Positions 8,809 through 16,905 of a stretch of 64,000 nucleotides of DNA are shown piece after piece. The position numbers were made by a program, and so were the translations under genes. A model generated the notes under the pieces. It did no database searches and was not told the DNA's origin. It worked only from the letters and a program-made list of their open reading frames with translations. Numbering within the stretch: the first letter of the stretch is position 1; every line of letters begins with the position of its first letter. Source of the stretch: Acidobacteriota bacterium (GTDB lineage Bacteria > Acidobacteriota > Holophagae > Thermotomaculales > Thermotomaculaceae); the NCBI GenBank assembly GCA_026986725.1, contig JALSOA010000124.1, forward strand, positions 6,296-70,295, in the 5' to 3' direction.

Positions 8809-9744
8809 TTATTCATACCTCTCAACCATTACAACACTTGTATAGTTTAACCTGTCAGTACCAAATGTTATGTAAACAGATCTATTTCCCTTTTTTGCAT
8901 AGATAAATCTCTTCTCTCCCTTCTTTGCAAGTGCCTGAACAACACTGTCAGGTATCTCCCAGCCATTCCCCCTTAAATCCGAAAGATAGTATATAATTGT
9001 TGAATCAAGGTTATCGTCAACCCTATATGCCACCATTTTACTTGAGGAAAAAGAATCCATCTGTGCAAGAGATAAAAGTCTTTGAGAATATGGATGTCTG
9101 TCAATATCATCCAGATCAAAACCTGGCAGGTCTTTATCCCCCTGAGGGATAAATCTTCTAAAATCTATCATCCTGTCAGTCCAGTATCTTACAACCGTGG
9201 TTTTTGAAGAATATGGTTTATCTTTGAATGCCATAACAACCTTCGGAACAACCTTTTTGTATCTATCTTTATCAATGTAAACCTTTGTATTGTCCCCAAT
9301 ATCTATTACCCCCAGCGCCCCAAAGGTTTCTCCCCTGAATTCAAGTACAGGAGGAGCCATCTTTGCAAAGATTGTCTCAAAAAACCTTATCGCTCTGAAG
9401 GCATCGTCTCCCGGTTTTACCCCAGCTTCTTCAAGTTGCTTATCAGTAAAAATTCTGATAAACGGAGGGTTGTAAAGATTTTTGTAATAATCAAGTACCT
9501 CCTTTATCTCAGCATCCACCACCTCAACCGAGTAGGTAAAAGGAACCCCATTCACTATTGATTTTCCAGTATGAGAGTAAACACCACCCTCTCGAAAGTC
9601 AGGGATATACTTACTGCCTCCATACACAAGATCAAAAATATCGGCATTGCCTTTTTGAACAAGAAGGTGAAACCTGCTTCCCGCCCACAGGATCAAAAGT
9701 GAAAAACAGATTATAGTGGCAACCTTTGACAGTTTTTTTATCAT
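8809..9744 (-). CDS. Hypothetical N-terminally anchored periplasmic protein inside the tad operon
   Basis: 311 aa. Single hydrophobic N-terminus VATIICFSLLILWAG and no motif I recognise. ATGA overlap with the upstream tadE-like gene; 18 nt gap to cpaB. Confidence 0.6.
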   Translation of the reverse strand: MIKKLSKVATIICFSLLILWAGSRFHLLVQKGNADIFDLVYGGSKYIPDFREGGVYSHTGKSIVNGVPFTYSVEVVDAEIKEVLDYYKNLYNPPFIRIFTDKQLEEAGVKPGDDAFRAIRFFETIFAKMAPPVLEFRGETFGALGVIDIGDNTKVYIDKDRYKKVVPKVVMAFKDKPYSSKTTVVRYWTDRMIDFRRFIPQGDKDLPGFDLDDIDRHPYSQRLLSLAQMDSFSSSKMVAYRVDDNLDSTIIYYLSDLRGNGWEIPDSVVQALAKKGEKRFIYAKKGNRSVYITFGTDRLNYTSVVMVERYE

Positions 9745-10307
9745 CCTGCTAAATCTCCTATTGCTGAGCCGAAGGATTTAAGCAGATCCCATAAAAACTC
9801 TATCAATCCTCCCACATCCTTGTGACTCCAGGTGTTTTTATCTATGTAATAGGTGGTGCTGATGGTTACTTTTGCTTTGTTTCCTATGATCTTCTGAGTG
9901 AATTTATGCTTTACCTCAATCTGGTACGAAACCTTATAACCTTTTGTGCTGCTTATTTTGTCAAGAACATTCAGAAAAAAACCTAAAACCTCATTTGTCC
10001 CACCATTGTTTTCACTGAAAACGGTTTCCAAAGCCTCAGATGAACTAACCTTTTCAAAACTAACTTTATCTTTATCAACCCTGTTAAAAAAGATCTTTCC
10101 CAGATTTTCCTTAACTTTCTGGTCATCAACTTTAAATTCACCTTTTTCAATTGTTACATACCTCACTGCAGAAATGGTCTGCTGTTTTATATAGAAGGCT
10201 TTAACAAAAAATATCGCCCCAAATATAAGGATAAGGTAAACTGGCAAAACTATGACAAACTCTGTCATAGACTGGCCTTTTTCATCAGTGAATAATAATG
10301 TCACCAT
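9741..10307 (-). CDS. TadE/TadF-like minor (pseudo)pilin
   Basis: 188 aa. Prepilin-type N-terminus KGQSMTEFVIVLPVYLILIFGAIFFV (G-X4-EF followed by a hydrophobic helix). Confidence 0.75.
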   Translation of the reverse strand: MVTLLFTDEKGQSMTEFVIVLPVYLILIFGAIFFVKAFYIKQQTISAVRYVTIEKGEFKVDDQKVKENLGKIFFNRVDKDKVSFEKVSSSEALETVFSENNGGTNEVLGFFLNVLDKISSTKGYKVSYQIEVKHKFTQKIIGNKAKVTISTTYYIDKNTWSHKDVGGLIEFLWDLLKSFGSAIGDLAG

Positions 10308-12207
10308 TGAAGATCTCCTTTAAAGAGTTAAAGATACCCATAAAACTATCTGAACTATTCGAATTGCCACCACCAAGAGCAACCGCCTGGGACACACCTG
10401 ACGAATCCAGATCTTTCATCAGATCCTTGAACTTGGTAAACCTTACAAGGCGCACCTGCCAGCATTGATTGAAAAGGTGAGGCTCCACCCCATCAGGAAC
10501 ATATATCTCTGCCTGTGAAAAATATACCATCCCAACAGGGTTTGGATTTTTTAAACCTGCCTTTATTTCAATTATATTTTCTTTGGGCAAAGTGTAAACA
10601 ATACCAACATAATCTTTATGCGTCTGCCAGAACTCTTTACCACCATCGTCTTCCCTTTTTAAAAGATAAGGCTTTGGTTTATCATCGTCTGAACTTCTGC
10701 TTCCCCAGGATTCTGAAGGGGAAACCTGCTCGGTAGTCTCATACTCTGCTGAAAGGACTTTTGTTTCAGTTATTTTATATGCCTTTACCATTCCCGCCAT
10801 GGTTGGTTCGTTTTCAACAACAAGGCCATAATCATCCGGATTAACATATATAACATCCCTGGTTCTTTTAAAACAATGCCTGTGCATAACATGATTAAAA
10901 TAATTTTTAGCATCATCGCCTTCAAGAATAAGACTTTTACCCTCATCTGGAAGCCAGGCATCCTTACCATCCACAACCGGCCTGTAATAACCACAATGTT
11001 GCTGCTCATTCCCATTTGCATCAGTATAGGTGGACAAAACCCGGCAAGGCTCCGGATCTCCACAGGTACAATCCTGATTTACCAGAATATCATCAATGGT
11101 GTGTTGACCCGTTCTTATTGTGATCCCCACCGTTATTGAAACTGTTATCTTTGACAATTTATCTGCATTCTGCTTCATTTCATCACAATTGTCTGTTGTT
11201 TTTTTATAACTATAAGTTCCAGGGTGATCGGTGCACATGGACTCATAGGTGGCTTTTACAACTGCATCATACACCTCTCCAATAAATGGAGGAACAAATC
11301 TTAAAAGTGGGTAAAAAAGGTAAGCCTTAAAGTATTCCAGTGGTGCAGGACCAAAATCCCCAAAGGTAATAACATCCATTAAATCACCGAGTTTGTCACT
11401 TAACTTATCGGTTGCCATAAAACTTGTGGTGGGCATGTGTTCTATGTTTTTCTGCCCTTTCATCCCTATGTCTCCAATCTTGTCTATCTTGGTGCCCTCA
11501 GGGACAGCATGCCAGTTAAAGTCTGTGGCCGTTGGCCTGCAAAGTGATTCAAATTTTCTATCATCATCATCGATAAAAGGAAGTTTCAAATCAACATCAG
11601 GAATAAGGGGATACAAAAAACCTATGGTAGCACCATTGGCAAGCCCTGTTTTAACAGCCTCAACCTGTGCTATGAATGGGATAACTTCAACCTCAATCTC
11701 CTCAGCCTCAGTCAGGTAATCCTCCACATCCCATAAAATACCATTGCCATTGTCTTCAAGACTATCTGCAAGAACATTCTCGTAAATATTCACCCCCACC
11801 TCTTCAATTAGATACTGCTGGGGAACAGTCACAAACTCAAGAAAAGCCCCCACAGCATAGGTGTATGGAATCTCCATCAATATTTCAGCAAGTTTCTCCT
11901 GAACCGTTAATAAAGCCTTTGCTATTTTATTTGCTCGCTTAAATGATTTCATAAGGATTATAAGGGCAAGAACCTGTGACTGGGTAACATTAAGCATTGC
12001 GGTTAAATTGTATCCCCTGCACATCCATGTTGCGCCTGACACCGCAACAGCATCGGCATTGTTAGTAAGCCTCATCTTCCTTGATGTAACATCCCCCACA
12101 TTCAAAATCATAAAGACAAACATGGCTATAAAAAGAAAAGTTATGGCTGAGAAAACTATTGATTGACCACTTTCATTTTTGTGCAGATCTTTAAACCTCA
12201 AAAACAT
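10285..12207 (-). CDS. TadG-like large pilus-associated protein, Cys-rich C-terminal half
   Basis: 640 aa. The N-terminus SGQSIVFSAITFLFIAMFVFMILNVGDVTSRKMRLTNNADAVAVSGA matches the Tad (TadE/G-like) N-terminal pattern. Later Cys clusters: CTDHPGTYSYKKTTDNCDE and NQDCTCGDPEPCRV...QHCGYY. No vWA MIDAS motif seen by eye. Confidence 0.7.
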   Translation of the reverse strand: MFLRFKDLHKNESGQSIVFSAITFLFIAMFVFMILNVGDVTSRKMRLTNNADAVAVSGATWMCRGYNLTAMLNVTQSQVLALIILMKSFKRANKIAKALLTVQEKLAEILMEIPYTYAVGAFLEFVTVPQQYLIEEVGVNIYENVLADSLEDNGNGILWDVEDYLTEAEEIEVEVIPFIAQVEAVKTGLANGATIGFLYPLIPDVDLKLPFIDDDDRKFESLCRPTATDFNWHAVPEGTKIDKIGDIGMKGQKNIEHMPTTSFMATDKLSDKLGDLMDVITFGDFGPAPLEYFKAYLFYPLLRFVPPFIGEVYDAVVKATYESMCTDHPGTYSYKKTTDNCDEMKQNADKLSKITVSITVGITIRTGQHTIDDILVNQDCTCGDPEPCRVLSTYTDANGNEQQHCGYYRPVVDGKDAWLPDEGKSLILEGDDAKNYFNHVMHRHCFKRTRDVIYVNPDDYGLVVENEPTMAGMVKAYKITETKVLSAEYETTEQVSPSESWGSRSSDDDKPKPYLLKREDDGGKEFWQTHKDYVGIVYTLPKENIIEIKAGLKNPNPVGMVYFSQAEIYVPDGVEPHLFNQCWQVRLVRFTKFKDLMKDLDSSGVSQAVALGGGNSNSSDSFMGIFNSLKEIFNGDIIIH

Positions 12208-12216
12208 ACCTATCCC

Positions 12217-13374
12217 TTAATGAGATGCCTTCATTTCGACATGCATCGCACAATCAGCGGTTATAGGCAAAACATAACCACTGCAATCTATCCTTAATAC
12301 TGAAAAGTATTCATTGTCAAGGTAGCCCAGATACTCCTGAGTTGACTGGCTCATGCCAAGAGCATCAAAGAGATCCTTATCAAACTTCTTACCCATAAAC
12401 TTGTTTGCAATCGGAATAACAAGGTAATAGGGGAACTTCACCCGAACAACCACCAGGTCACTTCGTGTATAATCCTTCCCATCGTGCTGGACATTGAGGT
12501 CTGTATCAAGGATATCCACATCGGTAAAAAGAGCAGCATACATATACCGGTAAATAACAGCCTGGGTGTATTTGTCAAGGTCATTGACCCCAAAAACATC
12601 CCCTATAAAACCAACAAAATCCGACAAAAGATTGATTAATTCGTCAATTTGAAGGGTCTGAATAATATCCATGGCAGTATAGGTTTTGTTTCCAAAAATT
12701 GTTATTTTAAAATCATTCAAAAATGCTTTGGATCCGTGACAAACAGGCATTAAAGACAATGCTGCAGCCTTTTTTATTAGTTTGTATTTGTTTAACTTTT
12801 TTTCTTCTTCGGAATTTGAACTGCTGTTTTCTTCATTGTTGCTCTCATTAGCAGGCAGGTTAATATGCCCTGAAACCTCCTGCTCAATAGATTGAGGTAT
12901 AACCACAACTGCAGCCCTTGCAGCATTAAATGCAGCATAATTGACAACCAGTTTGGCTGTATAAATTAAACTTAATTGCATAATGCACAGGGTGATAAAC
13001 AACTGGAGGGGAAAGATAAGAATAAACTCCGTTAATGCCTGACCATCTTCGTCATCACCAATATCTTTTATCCTTCTCTTTGATCTCTTGGCAGCATTAA
13101 CTGTTGAAAGAATTATCATTAAAAATATTAAAAAGCAGAAAACTGCAAGAAAAACAGGGACTGCCAGTTTAACCTTTTCAAAACGGGAGCCTTCTTCCTC
13201 AACCAGACCATTCGAAACATCTTTACCACTATCAATGGATTCAATTGCTTTCTCAAAAGACCTTCTCACAAAAAACTTTTGATAGGCATAGGTTGCAACC
13301 ATGGAAGCAAGAGCAATTAGAACAAGTACTATAATGTACTCCCCAATTGATGAGCCCTTCCTTCCGCTTAACAT
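12217..13374 (-). CDS. In-frame fusion of a Flp-like prepilin segment and a TadE-like pseudopilin (two prepilin-peptidase-type sites)
   Basis: 385 aa. Site 1: RKGSSIGEYIIVLVLIALASMV (G-X4-EY). A second TM follows: AVPVFLAVFCFLIFLMIILS. Basic leader and site 2: KRSKRRIKDIGDDEDGQALTEFILIFPLQLF (G-X4-EF). No stop lies between the two modules. Confidence 0.7.
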   Translation of the reverse strand: MLSGRKGSSIGEYIIVLVLIALASMVATYAYQKFFVRRSFEKAIESIDSGKDVSNGLVEEEGSRFEKVKLAVPVFLAVFCFLIFLMIILSTVNAAKRSKRRIKDIGDDEDGQALTEFILIFPLQLFITLCIMQLSLIYTAKLVVNYAAFNAARAAVVVIPQSIEQEVSGHINLPANESNNEENSSSNSEEEKKLNKYKLIKKAAALSLMPVCHGSKAFLNDFKITIFGNKTYTAMDIIQTLQIDELINLLSDFVGFIGDVFGVNDLDKYTQAVIYRYMYAALFTDVDILDTDLNVQHDGKDYTRSDLVVVRVKFPYYLVIPIANKFMGKKFDKDLFDALGMSQSTQEYLGYLDNEYFSVLRIDCSGYVLPITADCAMHVEMKASH

Positions 13375-13383
13375 AAAAACCTC

Positions 13384-13935
13384 TTAAATCTTTATGTAAT
13401 CAAAAATGGATACATTAAACATAAACTCTAAAATAGCCCATAGTGTTCCAAGACATATAGCAAAACCAAAGGGTATCTTCTCACTCTCTTCAGGATTCAA
13501 AGATAAAGGTTTTATTCCAGGAAAGATAAAAGAGAAAAGGTAAGAAAAAATAACCCTGAATATATTTCTCATTCCCCTTAAAAACCTTCCCTTCCATATC
13601 ATCATAGCAATGGACATTAAACCACCAACAAGCGCTGAATAAAAAGCAGCGTATATAACAAAGGGATACCCTTTTATAGCCCCAATTGCAGCCATTAGTT
13701 TCACATCCCCTCCCCCCAATCCGCCTATAAGGAAAACTATGAGAAAGAGGATAAATCCAACAAGTAACCCGATAATAGAAGATTGAAAGTGTTTAATGCC
13801 AAGAAAAAGATTAAATAACACTCCAAATACTATTGCCGGATAAGTAACTTTGTTGAAGATCTTTCCATACATAACATCGGTTATGGCACAAACTGCAATT
13901 ACAGCGTATAAAAGGATATCCCTTGCAAGTACCAT
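13384..13935 (-). CDS. tadV: Prepilin peptidase, A24 family (TadV/CpaA type)
   Basis: 183 aa polytopic protein. First catalytic Asp region AITDVMYGKI and second GGGDVKLMAAIG. Confidence 0.85.
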   Translation of the reverse strand: MVLARDILLYAVIAVCAITDVMYGKIFNKVTYPAIVFGVLFNLFLGIKHFQSSIIGLLVGFILFLIVFLIGGLGGGDVKLMAAIGAIKGYPFVIYAAFYSALVGGLMSIAMMIWKGRFLRGMRNIFRVIFSYLFSFIFPGIKPLSLNPEESEKIPFGFAICLGTLWAILEFMFNVSIFDYIKI

Positions 13936-13945
13936 AATCTAAACC

Positions 13946-14188
13946 TTAATTTCCTCCAAAAGCACTCTGAGAAGCCTGCCCAAGTGTATCTGTTGATTTC
14001 TTAAAAAGGTTTTTGATTTTACTTCCAAAAGCCTTTACCATTACAAGCACAAGAATAGCAACAAGCACAATAATAATTATGTACTCCGTCATGCCCTGAC
14101 CTGTTTCATCCTCGTGAAACCTCTTTGCAATACCCTTAAAATCAATCATTTTGACCTCATTAAAGAGATCCACCAAACCTGAAAACAT
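13946..14188 (-). CDS. flp: Flp/Fap family pilin
   Basis: The track ORF starts at GTG 14194. I prefer ATG 14188, which has AGGAGG 5 nt upstream. Flp motif: ETGQGMTEYIIIIVLVAILVLVMV (G-X4-EY plus a hydrophobic helix). Confidence 0.8.
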   Translation of the reverse strand: MFSGLVDLFNEVKMIDFKGIAKRFHEDETGQGMTEYIIIIVLVAILVLVMVKAFGSKIKNLFKKSTDTLGQASQSAFGGN

Positions 14189-14214
14189 AGTCACCTCCTG
14201 AAAATTATGTTATT

Positions 14215-14427
14215 TTAGGGAAAAGGCAATTGCACAAAAAAACTGATCAGGTTGAAATTAAAATTAACAGCCTGAATAAATGCCTTTAATATCCACAGAA
14301 TAGGAATGAAAATAAAAACAAGTAACAGTGCATACTCAGTGTAAGTCTGTGCCCCTTCATCTTTAAAAACCTGAAAATCATTTTTTTCACAAAACGAATA
14401 ATTCTCTTGATCCCTACTCAATTCCAT
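14215..14427 (-). CDS. Second, atypical Flp-like small protein
   Basis: 70 aa. EGAQTYTEYALLLVFIFIPILWIL has G-X5-EY spacing, not the canonical X4. The C-terminus is hydrophobic. It is the first gene of the operon. Confidence 0.5.
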   Translation of the reverse strand: MELSRDQENYSFCEKNDFQVFKDEGAQTYTEYALLLVFIFIPILWILKAFIQAVNFNFNLISFFVQLPFP

Positions 14428-14456
14428 CCATCATCTCCATCTTAAATGTTATTTAT

Positions 14457-14485
14457 AAGTTAATCCTCAAAAAAATAAAAGTCAA
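14457..14485 (-). promoter_or_regulatory. Candidate sigma70-type promoter of the tad operon
   Basis: Reverse strand reads TTGACT-N17-TAACTT, about 30 nt upstream of the first ATG. By-eye match only. Confidence 0.3.
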
Positions 14486-14628
14486 GTGCTATATGTCACA
14501 TAAAAGGGTTTCTTTTAAATTTTTATTCTAAAAGTAAAAAAACAAAAATGTGAACTAATTTTCACTTTTTTTTTAATCACAGGCATTTTGTTTTAAAATA
14601 AATAAAGAAGCAAAAAAAAGGAGGGATT

Positions 14629-16674
14629 ATGAAAAAAGCGATTTTGCTTTTTATTTTTACATTACTTGTATCATTTTATTCGTCAGCAACAACAAAAAAA
14701 CACACATTTACATTTTACGATATGATTCAAATGACAAGGCTGTCATCCCCTGTCCTTTCACCTGATGGCAATTACATTGCATTTACAGGGACAAAATACT
14801 CTCTTGAAAAAAACAAAGGAAACACAGATATTTACCTTTATGACACAAAAACCGGGGAAACGAAAAAACTTACAAACAACAAGGCTGCCGACTTCAACCC
14901 CGTTTTTTCAAAAGATGGAAAATACCTTTACTTTCTTTCAACAAGAAGCGGCAAATCGGAAGTTTACAGACTGAATTTAAACGGTGGAGAGGCTGAAAAG
15001 GTAAGCGATTTCGCTGTTTCAATTTCCAATATCAGGTTTTCACCGAAAGGAAATTTTCTTACATTTACAGCAAGGGTTTACCCTGATTCAAAATGCTTAA
15101 AAGATGTTGCAGAAAAAGACAAAGAGAAAAAAGAAAAAAAATGCACTGCAAAGGTTTACACTTCCCTTTTTATAAGGCACTGGGACAGGTGGGAAGACGG
15201 GAAATGGACTCACATCTTTATTGTGCCTTTCAAAAAGGGCAAAATAGATGGAAAACCGGTTGATATTATGAAAGGAATTGAAGGAAACTGCCCATCAGAG
15301 CCTTTTGGAGGGCCTTCGGAGTTTTCCTGGTCTAAAGACGAAAAATTTATTGCATTTACAACCAAAGTCGGAAGAGACAGGGCATGGACAACAAACTTTG
15401 ACATTTACCTTTACAACTTAAAAACCGGCGAAACAAAAAACCTTACAGAGAAAAACAAAGCCTGGGACACAACACCGGTATTTTCTAAAGACGGCAAATA
15501 CCTTTACTACCTTGCAATGAAAAAGCCGGGGTATGAAGCCGACAGATTCAGAATAATGAAAATGGAACTTTCAAGCGGAAAAATTGAAAATCTTACCGAA
15601 AAATACGAAATATCCCCATCATCATTTATCCTTGACGGGGAAAACATTTACTTCACAGCATTGTGGCATGCTCATATAAGGGTTTACAGGTTTAATACAA
15701 AAGAGAAAAAGTTAACGGAACTTGTTTCAAAGCACGACAACAACGGGCTTGTAAAATACAAAGATACCCTTTACTTTATGCAAAACAGTTTAACCTCTCC
15801 CAATGAACTTTACTCATTCGATTTAAAAACAAAATCAATAAAAAAATTGACAGGGATAAACGATGGGATTGTAAACAAAATCCAATTCTCAACTCCGGAA
15901 GAATTCTGGTTCACAAACAGAGACGGCATAAAGGTTCACGGCTGGCTGTTGAAACCTGTTCCATTTGAAAAAGGGAGGAAATACCCCCTTGCCTTCTACA
16001 TTCACGGCGGGCCGCAGGGATCATGGGAGGACAACTTCCATTACAGGTGGAATTTGCAGATACTCCCCGCTCAGGGCTATGTTGCGGTTGCAATTGACTT
16101 CAGGGGAAGCACAGGATACGGAGACAAATTCAAGGAAGCAATAAGCGGACACTGGGGAGACAGGCCGTTTAACGACTTAATGGATGGCTTAAACTATGTT
16201 TTGAAAAAATATAAATTCATAGACAAAAACAGAATGGGAGCCCTTGGGGCATCCTACGGCGGGTATATGATAAACTGGATTGCAGGGAATGCTCCCGACA
16301 CTTTCAAAGCCCTTATATGCCATGATGGGCTTTTTGACACATTCAATTCATACTATGCAACCGAAGAGTTATGGTTTCCAGAGCATGAATTTAACGGCAC
16401 AGCATACGATAACCCTGAACTCTACGACAAATGGTCTCCTGCAAGGTATGTTAAAAACTGGAAAACCCCCATGCTTATAATTCACGGGGGAAGGGATTAC
16501 AGGGTTGTGCCAACCGAAGGAATATCGGCATTTACAGCCTGCCAGAGGCTTGGAATACCGTCAAAACTCATATTCTTCCCTGACGAAAACCACTTTGTTC
16601 TCAAACCTAAAAACAGCGAATTCTGGCACAAATCGATAATTGAATGGCTGAACAAATGGGTTAAAGGAAATTAG
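14629..16674 (+). CDS. S9 family serine peptidase (prolyl oligopeptidase / acylaminoacyl peptidase type) with N-terminal beta-propeller
   Basis: 681 aa with a signal peptide. TolB-like repeats (SPDGNYIAFTG; SKDGKYLYFLS twice). Nucleophile elbow GASYGGYM. C-terminal HGGRDYRV and DENH. Confidence 0.85.
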   Translation: MKKAILLFIFTLLVSFYSSATTKKHTFTFYDMIQMTRLSSPVLSPDGNYIAFTGTKYSLEKNKGNTDIYLYDTKTGETKKLTNNKAADFNPVFSKDGKYLYFLSTRSGKSEVYRLNLNGGEAEKVSDFAVSISNIRFSPKGNFLTFTARVYPDSKCLKDVAEKDKEKKEKKCTAKVYTSLFIRHWDRWEDGKWTHIFIVPFKKGKIDGKPVDIMKGIEGNCPSEPFGGPSEFSWSKDEKFIAFTTKVGRDRAWTTNFDIYLYNLKTGETKNLTEKNKAWDTTPVFSKDGKYLYYLAMKKPGYEADRFRIMKMELSSGKIENLTEKYEISPSSFILDGENIYFTALWHAHIRVYRFNTKEKKLTELVSKHDNNGLVKYKDTLYFMQNSLTSPNELYSFDLKTKSIKKLTGINDGIVNKIQFSTPEEFWFTNRDGIKVHGWLLKPVPFEKGRKYPLAFYIHGGPQGSWEDNFHYRWNLQILPAQGYVAVAIDFRGSTGYGDKFKEAISGHWGDRPFNDLMDGLNYVLKKYKFIDKNRMGALGASYGGYMINWIAGNAPDTFKALICHDGLFDTFNSYYATEELWFPEHEFNGTAYDNPELYDKWSPARYVKNWKTPMLIIHGGRDYRVVPTEGISAFTACQRLGIPSKLIFFPDENHFVLKPKNSEFWHKSIIEWLNKWVKGN

Positions 16675-16685
16675 GTTCTGGGTAT

Positions 16686-16808
16686 TGGGTGTTAGGTGTT
16701 GTGAGAAGATTTTGAATTATAAATCAAAAGGTATTTTGCCTCAATATGTAATCCGTAATTCAAAATTTGTAAGTTACAATCTCAACAAAGCCTAATACCT
16801 GACACCCA
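16686..16808. repeat. 12-bp inverted repeat flanking a 99-nt AT-rich spacer, next to the tRNA
   Basis: TGGGTGTTAGGT (16686-16697) pairs with ACCTGACACCCA (16797-16808), with one U-G wobble. The left arm lies in a G/T-rich tract GGTATTGGGTGTTAGGTGTTG. Confidence 0.5.
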
Positions 16809-16820
16809 TTTTGAAAATAA

Positions 16821-16897
16821 TGGTGCGCCCGGCGGGATTTGAACCCGCAATTTCCGGCTCCGGAGGCCGGCGTTTTATCCAGTTAAACTACGGGCAC
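16821..16897 (-). tRNA. tRNA-Arg (anticodon CCG), CCA encoded
   Basis: The reverse complement GTGCCCGTAGTTTAACTGGATAAAACGCCGGCCTCCGGAGCCGGAAATTGCGGGTTCAAATCCCGCCGGGCGCACCA folds as a 77-nt cloverleaf. It has a 7-bp acceptor stem, 4-bp D stem, anticodon stem CCGGC/GCCGG with loop CTCCGGA, and T arm GCGGG-TTCAAAT-CCCGC. Confidence 0.95.
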
Positions 16898-16905
16898 ATT
16901 GTTTG

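Noticed and set aside
10785-11139. Nested ORFs (92 aa minus in another frame, 87 aa plus) inside the TadG-like gene
   Set aside because: They lie fully inside a longer ORF that has a recognisable Tad N-terminal motif and operon coupling. They have no RBS or motif support.
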